The notes: a model not told the origin generated them from the sequence alone. 63,932 nt of DNA, filler included, from Octopus bimaculoides (GCF_001194135.2; 6 parts of 5 records of this genome joined end to end with filler, not necessarily neighbours in it), one strand, 5' to 3'; counted from the first letter of the whole stretch, positions 14,362-26,411 are shown. Numbers and translations are program-made.

Positions 14362-14590
14362 ATTCCTTTACTTGCTTCAGTCATTAGACTGTGGCCATGC
14401 TGGGGCACAGCTTTGAATTTTTTAATCGAATAAATTGACCCCAGTACATATCTTGATTTACAAGCTTGGTATTTATTTTATCGGATATTTTTGACAAACA
14501 GCTAAGTTACGTGGCGTAACCAACACCGGTTAACAATCGATGGTGGAAAGCAAGCACGGATACAATGACACACAGACAAACAGATAGCCA
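14362..14590 (-). mobile_element. tRNA-derived CORE-like SINE (OR2-like family), degenerate 3' half
   Basis: ttcagtcatt-gactgtggccatgctggggcac..gaccccagtac..gctaagttac shared with the other copies. Confidence 0.75.
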
Positions 14591-15119
14591 CGTATATATA
14601 TATATATATATACATATATACACACACACATACATTCAATTGAAAACCAAGATGAGAGTGGAGATTTATTTCCATCCAAAACGTTTTAATTAAAATGTTT
14701 TCTGCAACATATATGACAATGACCAACATATGTTTCTACTTTAGCAGCTACACGTTGCTCTGTAAGGAATTATGCATCCTAGTCGCTGCAGTTTCACCAA
14801 GGGTTCACTCCTGAGTACGTTTTCAAAGTGAACTAATTCAAACAACCTTCGTACGTTGTTATTCAGTTGAAGGTGATAGTGTTACATTTTAAATCGAATT
14901 CTGGTTTTAAAATGTTTGTTGATATTACATTTAATTGCAGCAGTTTTGTGTACATTTTACTGTAAGCAGTACATTATTCATTCAGAGGTACTTCACTTAT
15001 TTTGGGTTAATACCCTCAATTAATATTATAGTTACTATTATTATAACGATAATTCTTAGTATTATTTGCATAAATATCATTAATAATGACAATCATCATT
15101 CTAACCATTGCTATACATT

Positions 15120-15930
15120 TTAAGTTATATTTCTTTAAAACGCTTGGTATATTCCTTCCACACAAAGATCCCATTTATTATCATCTATTCTATATGGTTT
15201 CGCTTATAGAATTATTTCCCAAGCAATCGAAAATACTGTGTTACTATCTTTTAGCGCCCAAATTAGCTTACTAAGGCTGATAGTTTTCATTTTGCCCCTA
15301 TTTCTAAACGAACTTAAATGATTGGCAATTCTCTGCTTAATATAACATGTGCTAGATCCTGTATAGAAATACTATCTATTCTCAGAGGTAATGTTACATC
15401 CTTACGCGATATTTCTATACCTGCAATTAGAGTTAAGCGGACAAACCCTGTTCCTTGCACAATTACATTTCATAGTCCTACTACGTCTTTTACTAGTATC
15501 CATTTCAGCAACTATAGATATGATTTCTATATTCTCATGTCTATCTTCTAAGCTATTAGTCCATTCCACATAAACAACATTCTGAGTGATTTGCTTTTTA
15601 GGATCCACAACTACATCCAGGTTAATTGTGGACCTACCTCGGGCATCTTCGATTGGTTGTCAAGCTATAGTTTCTATCCTGATACCTAGTTGTGTTAGTT
15701 ATGGTTTGTCCACTCATGCTGAAATTGTTATTTATTGACCTATAATCATGATTCAGGTTACTATTATTGCTATTGTTCATATGGAAACTGTTAAATTTAC
15801 CAGTGTTATGTGCTGCTGTAATTTGTGCCGTAGTTTTGGTATTACAGAATGCTAATCTACACCTATGTTTATTAAAAATACTATAGTATTTACTGCCTTT
15901 TGGAAAATGTTTAGTTAATACCGAATAAAG
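15120..15930 (-). mobile_element. Penelope-like element, degenerate C-terminal linker and GIY-YIG endonuclease region
   Basis: KHFPKGSKYYSIFNKH..AAHN; CNCARNRVCPLNSNC; YFYTGSSTCYIKQRIANHLSSFRN resembles the PLE CNC..CPL..C and YIG.T...K.R...H..SF motifs. Confidence 0.75.
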
Positions 15931-15932
15931 CA

Positions 15933-16000
<68 letters not shown>

Positions 16001-16100
16001 NNNNNNNNNNNNNNNNNNNNNNNNNNNNNNNNNNNNNNNNNNNNTTAATTAATTAANNNNNNNNNNNNNNNNNNNNNNNNNNNNNNNNNNNNNNNNNNNN

Positions 16101-16143
<43 letters not shown>

Positions 16144-16539
16144 CATACATACATCATACATATATGCATTCATGTTTACATATATGCATTCATGTTTACA
16201 TATATGCATATATACATTTGCATGTATTTGTATAATTAACTGAAAAGAGCTTAAACATGAATTAAAAGTGACGCGGGTAGAGCAAGAGAGAGGTGGGAAG
16301 AAGACAGAGAGACATCCAGATAGACAGAAAGATACACAGACAGATAGACAGTAAGTTAAACAGACAGGAAATGTCAAGTGCGTCGTTTAAATATGCGCTT
16401 ACGTATTGAGTGTCTGCGCTTGTGTCATCCAGCCTTGCAGTCTCATTGCTAATCAATGGCTACCTTCTTAAATATCACGTTACATGTATGTATACGCGCG
16501 CGAGCGAGTGAGTGTGTGCCTTTTACATTTTATCTTCTA

Positions 16540-16830
16540 TCTTTTATTGGTTTCAGCCAGAGAATGAGACCCTGCTGGAGTACCGCTTGTCAGTGTGTTT
16601 GCTTTCTTTTCTGTACTGTCTTTGAAGTAGTGTTTTGGACAGAGCTGCTCTTCTTGTATGTATGTGTGTCGACGAGAGCTTGACGGTCGCCCTGGATAAG
16701 GTTGATCTTCAAGCAACAAGTGACCATTTTTAAAGCGTGGAAACCACTCGTAAACTTGTGTTTTGCTCATGGCAGGGTCCTTGTAAGCTGTTCAAAGCAT
16801 AGCAACTGTTTCGGCCGCCGGTTTTTCCCT
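16540..16830 (-). mobile_element. Mariner transposase N-terminal (HTH) fragment, same family as 27088-27987
   Basis: AYKDPAMSKTQVYEWFPRFKNGHLLLEDQPYPGRPSSS. Confidence 0.85.
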
Positions 16831-17636
16831 GCAGTAAATAATAAAAGAGTTAAAATAATAAAATAAGAACAGTAGTAAACGAGTGAAGAAAAAAAATATA
16901 TATATATATATAGTGCGTGTGTTTATTTCACAAAAAACAAAAATGTTCATCCCGAAATACANNNNNNNNNNNNNNNNNNNNNNNNNNNNNNNNNNNNNNN
17001 NNNNNNNNNNNNNNNNNNNNNNNNNNNNNNNNNNNNNNNNNNNNNNNNNNNNNNNNNNNNNNNNNNNNNNNNNNNNNNNNNNNNNNNNNNNNNNNNNNNN
17101 NNNNNNNNNNNNNNNNNNNNNNNNNNNNNNNNNNNNNNNNNNNNNNNNNNNNNNNNNNNNNNNNNNNNNNNNNNNNNNNNNNNNNNNNNNNNNNNNNNNN
17201 NNNNNNNNNNNNNNNNNNNNNNNNNNNNNNNNNNNNNNNNNNNNNNNNNNNNNNNNNNNNNNNNNNNNNNNNNNNNNNNNNNNNNNNNNNNNNNNNNNNN
17301 NNNNNNNNNNNNNNNNNNNNNNNNNNNNNNNNNNNNNNNNNNNNNNNNNNNNNNNNNNNNNNNNNNNNNNNNNNNNNNNNNNNNNNNNNNNNNNNNNNNN
17401 NNNNNNNNNNNNNNNNNNNNNNNNNNNNNNNNNNNNNNNNNNNNNNNNNNNNNNNNNNNNNNNNNNNNNNNNNNNNNNNNNNNNNNNNNNNNNNNNNNNN
17501 NNNNNNNNNNNNNNNNNNNNNNNNNNNNNNNNNNNNNNNNNNNNNNNNNNNNNNNNNNNNNNNNNNNNNNNNNNNNNNNNNNNNNNNNNNNNNNNNNNNN
17601 NNNNNNNNNNNNNNNNNNNNNNNNNNNNNNNNNNNN

Positions 17637-18045
17637 ACAGCCACTCCTACTCTTATACTTTTTATTCTTTTATTCTTTTGCCTGTTCCAGTCATTTGACT
17701 GTGGCCATGCTGGAGCACCGCCTTTAGTCGAGCAAATCGACCCCAGGACTTATTCTTTGTAAGCCTAGTACCTATTGTATCGGTCTCTTTTGCCGAACCG
17801 CTAAGTTACGGGGACGTTAACACACCAGCATCGGTTGTCAAGCGATGTTGGGGGGACAAACACAGACACACATACATATACATATATACGACGGGCTTCT
17901 TTCAGTTTCCGTCAACCAAATCCACTCACAAGGCTTTGGTCGGCCCGAGGCGGTAGTAGAAGACACTTGCCCAAGGTGCCACGCACTGGGACTGAACCCG
18001 GAGCCATGTGGTTGGTAAGCAAGCTACTTTCCACACAGCCACTCC
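17637..18045 (-). mobile_element. OR2-like SINE, full-length, CpG-rich (young)
   Basis: tRNA-like head (minus gtggctgtgtgg..gggttcagtccc), core ggcaccttgggcaagtgtcttctac, central (CA/TA)n, 3' tail. Confidence 0.9.
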
Positions 18046-19727
18046 TACTCTTATACTTTTTATTCTTTTATTCTTTTGCCTGTTCCAGTCATTTGACTGC
18101 GGCCGTGCTGGGGCACCGCCTTCAAGCGTTTTAGCCGAGCAAATCATTCCCAGGACGTTTTCTTTTTTAAACCAGGTACTTACTATATCGTTCTCACTTT
18201 GCCGAACTGCTATGTTATGGGGACGTAAACACATCAACACAAGTTGTCAAGCGGTGCTGGGAGTACAAACACAGACATGAAGACACGCACACTTAGATAT
18301 ATACAGGGGTTGGACAAAATAATGGAAACACCTAGCATCATAGCATCATAATTTTGAAATATCTATAAAACCATCAAAAGCTTGTTATTTTTATGTTTTT
18401 TCATTTATTATTAGTGTGGCTTAATATGTTTTGCTAAAATTGCTGTTTGTTTTCAGATATCACCAGAAAAAGGTAATTAAAATTTATTAAAATGACAGAT
18501 CTATCGAACTTTCAAAGAGGTCAAATTGTTGGTGCTCGTATGGTAGGCGCTAGCGTAACGAAAAGAGTCAAAATGTCTGGTGTATCAAGAAGTACTATCA
18601 CGAAAGTAATGACAGCCTTTGAGAAAGTGGAAAAAACTTCCTCATTGAAACAAAACTCCGGAAGAAAGCCAAAACTTTCTGATAGGGACCGTCTAAATCT
18701 TTTGCGAATTGTTAGAAAGGATCACAAAAGTACAGCTCCCAAAATTAATGCAGAGCTTAATGACCACCTCGAGAACCCAGTTTTCACAAAAACTGTTCGT
18801 GGGGAGCTGTACAAGGCCGGATTTCACAGGAAGGCTGCAATCAGGAAGCCATTACTTTCAAAAACAAACGTTGCAAAGCGTTTAGAGTGGAGTAAAAGCC
18901 TACAGAATTGGTCCCTAGATCAGTGGAAGAATGTTATTTTCTCGGACGAGTCATCCTTTACCTTATTTCCGACCACTGGCCGAGTATACATGTGGAGACA
19001 GCCAAAAGAAGCATTTGACCCAGACTGCCTTCTTCCAACTGTTAAAGATGCAGGAAGATCTGTGATGATCTGATGGGGTGGGGTGGGGAGTTATATCTTG
19101 GAAATCTGCCGGCCCAATGGTTTTCCTTCATGGCAGAAGGAATTAATAGTCAAGACTATTTAAGCATTTTATCTAATCAAATTCACCCTATAGTTGCAGA
19201 ATTGTTTCCGGAGGAAAACGCAATCTTTCAGGATGATAATGCACCAATTCACACAGCTAAAATTGTTACTGAATGGTACGAGGAACATTCTAGTGAAGTT
19301 GAACATCTTATCTGGCCACCACCGTCCCCAGATCTCAATATTATTGAACATTTATGGTGCAATTTAGAAAAACAAGTAAGTAGTCGATATCCTCCACCAT
19401 CATCACTACAAGAACTGGAGACTGTTTTAGCTGAATAATGGACAAAAATTCCTTTGGAAACAATTCAAACTTTGTACGAGTTCATACCTCCTAGAATTCA
19501 AGGTGTAATTACTGCCAAATGTGGTCCTACCCCATATTAAAATAAATTTGCTTAGAATTTTAAGGTCTTTCCATTATTTTGCCCAACCCTTGTACACACA
19601 NNNNNNNNNNNNNNNNNNNNNNNNNNNNNNNNNNNNNNNNNNNNNNNNNNNNNNNNNNNNNNNNNNNNNNNNNNNNNNNNNNNNNNNNNNNNNNNNNNNN
19701 NNNNNNNNNNNNNNNNNNNNNNNNNNN

Positions 19728-19767
<40 letters not shown>

Positions 19768-19920
19768 GGGCTTCTTTCAGTTTCTGTCTACCAAATCCAC
19801 TCACAAGGCTTTGGTTGACCCGGAACTATAGTAGAAGACACTTGCCCAAGGTATCACGCAGTGAGACTGAACACGGAACCATGTAGTTGGGAAGCAAGCT
19901 TCATATCGCACAGCCAGGCC
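18046..19920 (-). mobile_element. OR2-like SINE split by the Tc1-like transposon (3' half 18046-18300, 5' half ~19750-19920)
   Basis: The halves are collinear with the intact copy at 17637-18045, and the break falls in the central microsatellite. Confidence 0.8.
18304..19592 (+). mobile_element. Full-length Tc1-like DNA transposon (DD36E spacing) with ~30-bp TIRs and TA TSD; transposase disrupted
   Basis: TA|CAGGGGTTGGACAAAATAATGGAAACACCT ... AGGTCTTTCCATTATTTTGCCCAACCCTTG|TA; ORF from 18492 with IFSDES, FQDDNAPIH, SPDLNIIEHLW; lesions near 19071-19145 and 19437. Confidence 0.95.
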
Positions 19921-19974
19921 TGTGGAGGGTGAGTTTATATCTCTTAAACAAGTCCGATAGTGGATTAGCTCTGT

Positions 19975-20830
19975 ATGTATGTATGTGTGTGTGTGTGTGT
20001 GTGTGTGGTATGGCGTGGTGTGTGCGTGTGGTATGGTGTGGTGTGTGTGTGGTTGTGTGTGGTATGGCGTGGTGTGTGTATGTGTGTGTGTATCTATACG
20101 TACATATATGTGTACATATATATGTGCATGTATGCTTATATGCTTTTAGAAGTGAAGTAAAATGTTTTTAAAAATTTAGGTGTAAGGATCGTCTCTCAAG
20201 TGACAAATAAAAAAATTACGTTTAAACTCCTTCTTCAGACAAAAGATGACATCATGGATGTAACTGAAGACAGTTTCTTTTTATTTAATTTTGTAAATTC
20301 TAAGAATCCATATCGAATATAATGTTTTGGGGCACTCAAACTGAAGAGAACGGGTTCAATTTCAAATGTTAGTTTCTATTTCAATCTTTCTTTAATTTTT
20401 CTTCTGACCTATTTCCTTCTTAAAATGCGTATGCATGTGTGTGTATGTATGTACATCTGTATGCATGTATGTATGTATATACGAATGTTTGTATGTATAT
20501 GTATATAAGTACATATATATATCTGTATATATATATGCACGTGTGTATGTATTTGTGTGTGTGTATGTATTTGTGTGTGTGTATGTATATATTTACGTAT
20601 GCATGTGTGTGTATATATGAGCGTATGTATGTCTGTATATGTATGTATTTATTTATGTATGTACATGTGTATATGTGTATGTATGTATGTATGTATGTAC
20701 GTGTGTGTGAAACCATGTATGTACTAATGATTGTATGTTTATAGGTATACATGCATATATGCGTGCATGTATGTGTATGTATGCATGTATATATGTACTA
20801 TGCAAGAACGCATGCGCACATGTGTCGTGT
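19975..20830. repeat. Low-complexity (GT)/(TA)/(GTAT) microsatellite fields
   Basis: Direct reading; contains a unique AT-rich stretch at ~20150-20420. Confidence 0.85.
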
Positions 20831-21459
20831 GTACGCATGAATGCAACGTGGCTGATTGGTTAAGGATCTCGCTTCACCATCATGATATCGTAAGTTCAAC
20901 TCCGGTGCGTAGCAGCTTGTACGAGCGTCTTCCACCATAGTCTCGTTCCGACGCAGACCTTATGAATGAAATTGGGTCGGGGGATACAACGGGGAAGTCT
21001 GTTAGCTGGATTGAACCTGTTATTCAAAAGTCCAACATCTTATGGCACGCAGATCCTGCCTGAAGGTTATGGTAACGGCACGTAGTCCGTGGAATATCCA
21101 GCTACCTACACACCTCTTCATTAAACAGGTGACTTAGTTGACTGAACAAACGCATATTCATCGTTGAAACTGATATCTTTACGTAATTAAGTATATTCTC
21201 GTACATATGTACTTATGCATGCACTCATGTCCTCTACTATTTTTACTTGTTTCAATCTTTGAACTGCGACCAAGTTGGAGCACTGCCTCGAAGTGTTTTA
21301 GACCAATGGTTATAAACCACTTTTTTGCCAAAGAACTCCTTTGATCCCTGTTTTATTCGGATGGACCCTGATAGCCATTCGATATTTCAAAAATCTTTTT
21401 ATAATGTTAAAATTAAATATTATTAAAAATTGTTTTTAAAAACTTGTTAAAATTGTTAT

Positions 21460-21631
21460 GGCGCAGGTGTGGCTGTGTGGTAGCAAGCTTGCTTCCTAAT
21501 CACATAGTTTCAGGTTCAGTCATATTGCATGGCACCTTGAGCAAATATCTTCTGTTATAGCTTCCGGCCGACCAAAGCCTTGTGAGTGGATTTGGTAGAC
21601 GGAAACTGAAACAAGCCCGTCGTATATATAT
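21460..21631 (+). mobile_element. OR2-like SINE 5' half running into a gap
   Basis: ggcgcaggtgtggctgtgtggtagcaagcttgcttcc..ggttcagtc..ggcaccttgagcaa.. Confidence 0.85.
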
Positions 21632-22484
21632 NNNNNNNNNNNNNNNNNNNNNNNNNNNNNNNNNNNNNNNNNNNNNNNNNNNNNNNNNNNNNNNNNNNNN
21701 NNNNNNNNNNNNNNNNNNNNNNNNNNNNNNNNNNNNNNNNNNNNNNNNNNNNNNNNNNNNNNNNNNNNNNNNNNNNNNNNNNNNNNNNNNNNNNNNNNNN
21801 NNNNNNNNNNNNNNNNNNNNNNNNNNNNNNNNNNNNNNNNNNNNNNNNNNNNNNNNNNNNNNNNNNNNNNNNNNNNNNNNNNNNNNNNNNNNNNNNNNNN
21901 NNNNNNNNNNNNNNNNNNNNNNNNNNNNNNNNNNNNNNNNNNNNNNNNNNNNNNNNNNNNNNNNNNNNNNNNNNNNNNNNNNNNNNNNNNNNNNNNNNNN
22001 NNNNNNNNNNNNNNNNNNNNNNNNNNNNNNNNNNNNNNNNNNNNNNNNNNNNNNNNNNNNNNNNNNNNNNNNNNNNNNNNNNNNNNNNNNNNNNNNNNNN
22101 NNNNNNNNNNNNNNNNNNNNNNNNNNNNNNNNNNNNNNNNNNNNNNNNNNNNNNNNNNNNNNNNNNNNNNNNNNNNNNNNNNNNNNNNNNNNNNNNNNNN
22201 NNNNNNNNNNNNNNNNNNNNNNNNNNNNNNNNNNNNNNNNNNNNATAAGAAGGGATGACCACTAAGTGGACATCCATTATGCTAGAAATAGATTACCTAC
22301 GATCTAACCACAAAGAAAAGAATGTTCTCTAGAAAAATTCAGCAAGCACCAAAACATAAGCAAGTAAGACAAATGAAAATATACAAAATATAGAATTAAT
22401 CGTAGACCGGTTTCGCCATTAACTACTTTACTTACGTAAAAACGTCCGTGGCTCGTCAGTACGACCGTTCTAATTCTTTTGCTC

Positions 22485-22872
22485 TTTTGCACGTTTCAGT
22501 CATCTGACTGCGGCCATGCTGGAGCACCACCTTTAGTCGAAGAAATCGACCCCAGGACTTATTCTTTGTAAGCCTATTCTATCAGCCTCTTTTGTGGAAC
22601 CGGTAAGTTTTGGGGATATAAACATGCTAACATCGGTTGTCAAGTGATGGCGGGGGCACAAACACAGACATAAAGACACACATAAATATATATCCATATA
22701 TTTATATACACGACGGGCTTCTTTCAGTTTCCGTCTATCAAAGTCCACTCATAAGGCTTTGGTCAGCCCGAGGCTACAGTAGAAGACATTTGCTCAATAT
22801 GACGCACAGTGGGACTGAACCCGGAACCATGTGGTTGGGAAGCAAACTTCTTACCATATAGCCACGCCTGCG
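22485..22872 (-). mobile_element. OR2-like SINE, full-length
   Basis: Collinear with 17637-18045. Confidence 0.9.
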
Positions 22873-22967
22873 CAAATCTTTTTTTTCGTCTTGGTTCTCA
22901 GCATTTCAAAATATCAATTCTTCTCACTCACTGACCTATGCTAACAAGTAGCAATGGATCCTATTAT

Positions 22968-23007
<40 letters not shown>

Positions 23008-23703
23008 AAAATACATCGAGTTGAAATAAACAAGAAAGTGAATGTTGATATTGGGTTGCTATATTTTTAGAATAATGGTTACGGGTTTGCAGAGGAGAAG
23101 TTGTAACTCTGCTATACGTTACTTACATATCAAATAACAAGTATTACCATGAAAAACCAAGTAAACAAATCTATTATGATAGTAATCAATGAGCTATCAT
23201 GTACCAAATATAACGTCATCGGTGGTGTAGGAGTAAACTTAGTCTTTTCTCGTACAGAAAGAGACCCTATTTAAATGAATTTTACGGGTGTAATAAAAAA
23301 AGTTAACTTGCAGAGGCGAAACAAAATATATTTATTCAATGAATGGAAAACACTGAAATCATTTGTGATTTAAATAGAAAATTAGAAAATGAGAAAATTC
23401 ACGAGTTTTTTATAGAACGATTTGGTTCCAATGTTTTGAATTGCAAATAGCCGACCACAGGCTCAAACTCAAACACTCTTTTTCTCTTTCCACGTATATT
23501 TATGTTTTAGGCGACATATACATTAATAGGAAATAGTTGTTTATGGTGATGTTACTGTTGATAGTATGTAAACTATAAAATCGGTAATTAATTATATATA
23601 GTAGAATGGCAATGCTAATGTTAAAGTGACATATTTATTTATTCGAGATGAATAAAATCATTTTAACATTTTACTCATGCACACGTCATATATATATATA
23701 TAT

Positions 23704-23825
23704 ATAAAACTCCGAGTTTCGGATGTCGGGGTGGAAACCTGCACCGGCATCTCTTTAATTGCCTCAATAACTGAAGAGATGCCCGTGCAGGTTTCCGCCT
23801 CGACATCCGAAACTCGGAGTTTTAT
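23704..23825. repeat. Near-perfect palindrome (~51-bp arms) whose right arm carries a hammerhead-like CTGAAGA..GAAAC motif; probable Penelope-like terminus
   Basis: Arms differ at 3 positions; ~18-nt loop. Confidence 0.8.
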
Positions 23826-23926
23826 TATGGCAACCGAATAATTGTCACATATTATATTACAGAAAATTTCCTCTATTTACATAATATTGAAGTCTCTTTC
23901 ATTCTTTTGTTGTCTTACCATTACTA

Positions 23927-23960
<34 letters not shown>

Positions 23961-24202
23961 TCAAGATATAAGTCAGAGGTTACGCACCATCTAAGGGATA
24001 GATGTATCCGTAGGCACTCCTGGTGTATTACCTCACAATGTATAGTCCTAGCTATAAGGTATACGGTAGTAGACAATTTAATGATAAAACTGTGGTTTAA
24101 ATATATAGAAAAGAAAAGAAATGGAGCAATAATTAACAATGAGAAGTGGATCATTGGTGATAAAAAAATCATTGTTTGATTGTAGTTCGGAATCATTTAC
24201 AG

Positions 24203-24285
24203 CTGTTTCTGTTTATCTGATGAAGCTATATAAGAGAGAGAGATACGTTATATTAAATCTCTGAGCGAAAGATAAACAGTAACAG
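24203..24285 (+). ncRNA. Hammerhead-like hairpin (CTGATGA-A-GCT..AGC-GAAA) closed by 15-bp inverted arms
   Basis: ctgtttctgtttatc / gataaacagtaacag pair 14/15; no recognisable stem III. Confidence 0.4.
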
Positions 24286-25288
24286 TACGGAATCGTAAGA
24301 TATATTTGCCAACTAAATGTGGCGGTCCTATAGAAGACGGTGCTACTGTTGTATATATATATCATATTGTTAAAGCAATATATCCTTCTAGAGATCGCAT
24401 CTTCACAGATTGTTTGATTTGAAAACGATGGATTCCACAAATTACACAGCATGCATTTCTGTAACTATCTCACAAAGATTTGTTTTTTAAACAACGCGTT
24501 TACCACACAGGAGATGTCACATGGTTGATATATCGATTTAACGGTATTTGATTTTGTTTTTCTTTTGACAACACCTGAATTTTTGTAATTTTTTTATTTT
24601 TTTGTAAGACAACTACTGAAATGTTCTATAAATATCGTAATATATATTAGTTTAGCTTGAATCAGTCACAGAAGAGATACAAATGCAGAAAGTGGGTAAT
24701 GGTAATTCGACATGTCTCTAAATGATTGTAGACACCCTCTGAGCTGTCAGAAGTTATCTACTGATTATGTACTGAAGTACTTGGCTTTGTTGAGAGAGGG
24801 AAGTATCTTAAGTATATTCGCCATCCAACCACCTCATAGTTAATTGTAATGATATCTGACGTATGAATGAATATCAATGGAAGCATAAATATTTTGCTAC
24901 AATTTCATGGATCTTCAATCATTCTAACATTCTTTAAGACTACTTCTCTGTGCTTATCACAGTATACAAGTCAGGAAATACATTGAATACATACGTGATG
25001 CCATGTCATTATGTTTATGAGTGTATGGCTTTTCAGTGATGAAACACACTGACACACCTTATAGGCACACACACACACACTCACTCAGGAACGCACATAC
25101 ATACACACTCTCATATATAAACAAACAACACACGTACATTCATGCACCTACACACGCAAACTCACCCCCCTCACTTCTCAGATATATGTGTGTCTGTGTT
25201 TGTGTACTTGTGTGTGCGTGTGTATTGTTGACGTCATATGAATTTAGAAACTTCGAGGGAAGGGGAAATAAATCTTTTGTTTATGGAA

Positions 25289-25459
25289 CGGTGAAGCTTG
25301 AAGTAGATAAAGCTATATATAAGAGCGTGTAAATATTGGGTTTAAAAACATCATAGGCTAAAAAAAAAAGTCGAAGGTTCGACTTTTTCAACTCGGAGGT
25401 GTTTTAACCCAATATTTATACACTATTATCTATAGCTTTATCTGCTTCGAGTTTCATCG
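25289..25459. mobile_element. Imperfect palindromic MITE-like element with an inner hairpin
   Basis: gaagcttgaagtagataaagctata..aatattgggtttaaaaac vs gtgttttaacccaatattt..tatagctttatctgcttcgagtttc; inner aaaaagtcgaa-gg-ttcgacttttt. Confidence 0.65.
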
Positions 25460-25534
25460 ATCCCCACCCACAATAAAATAATGCTATGCGCGCGTTCACG
25501 CGCGCGTGTGTGTGTGCGTGTGCGTGCGTGTGAT

Positions 25535-25770
25535 TGGAGGCGCATGGCTGAGTGGGGCGATGCGTTGTGTTCTTGAACAAAATACTTCATTTCACGTAGC
25601 TCCAGTTCACTCAACTGTAAGTGGGGAAACCCTTCGACGGGCTGGCCATTCCGTTCAGGAGGAATGTCGGCCTGCCCGCCAAGTCAGCCGGGTGGCTTCA
25701 TGCGAAAAGTACAACAATGCGTAGAAGCACATTGTGACCCGAGGTGTATAACAAACTTCGTGCAATATAA
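25535..25770 (+). mobile_element. tRNA-derived SINE with Meta/CORE-like central domain, degenerate
   Basis: gttgtgttcttgaacaaaatacttcatttcacgtagctccagttcactcaactgta is shared with 53215-53540 and 60100-60410. Confidence 0.65.
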
Positions 25771-25899
25771 TGGACTGAAAATAAAAGAACAATTTGGAAT
25801 AAACAGAACAAGAGGAGACACGTGGGATGAACAGTCGCTGAAGAGGTCACAGGATGTGTGATGGAAAGAACCTTGACAGAGAAACTAAAAAGTATCTTT

Positions 25900-26190
25900 T
25901 AACTTGTTCCTTTTATTTGTTTCAGTCATCGAATTGACACCTTGCTGGGTCACTCACTACCTTGCTGGGTCACTCACTACCTTGCTGGGTCACTCACTAC
26001 CTTGCTGGGTCACTCACTACCTTGCTGGGTCACTCACTACCTTGCAGGGTTTTAGTCGAACAAATTCGACCCCAGTACTTATTTTAAAGTCTGGTGCTTA
26101 TTTTATTATTCCCTTTTGCCGAACCGATTGGTTACGGTGGCATAAACAAACGAACACCGGTCGGCAAGTGCGATCTTGCGATCATGAGTG
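25900..26190 (-). mobile_element. OR2-like SINE 3' half containing a 5x20-bp minisatellite (25941-26040)
   Basis: Unit cttgctgggtcactcactac occurs five times, flanked by SINE sequence. Confidence 0.8.
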
Positions 26191-26372
26191 CANNNNNNNN
26201 NNNNNNNNNNNNNNNNNNNNNNNNNNNNNNNNNNNNNNNNNNNNNNNNNNNNNNNNNNNNNNNNNNNNNNNNNNNNNNNNNNNNNNNNNNNNNNNNNNNN
26301 NNNNNNNTATATATATAAACATATATATATATACATACAGAGACAGACAGACAGACAGACAGTTAGACAGAC

Positions 26373-26411
<39 letters not shown>

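Noticed and set aside
16045-16056. TTAATTAATTAA islands inside N-runs (also 34313-34324, 41980-41991, 57338-57349, 62703-62714)
   Set aside because: Identical 12-mer centred in 100-nt gaps and a stop in all six frames: an assembler gap marker, not biology.
16883-17762. Long ORFs in the track composed of X (also ~5.8-6.5, 21.6-22.3, 29.1-30.2, 38.4-39.3 kb)
   Set aside because: Artefacts of translating through N gaps.
25941-26050. CRISPR-like regular repeat
   Set aside because: Contiguous identical units with no spacers, inside a eukaryotic SINE.
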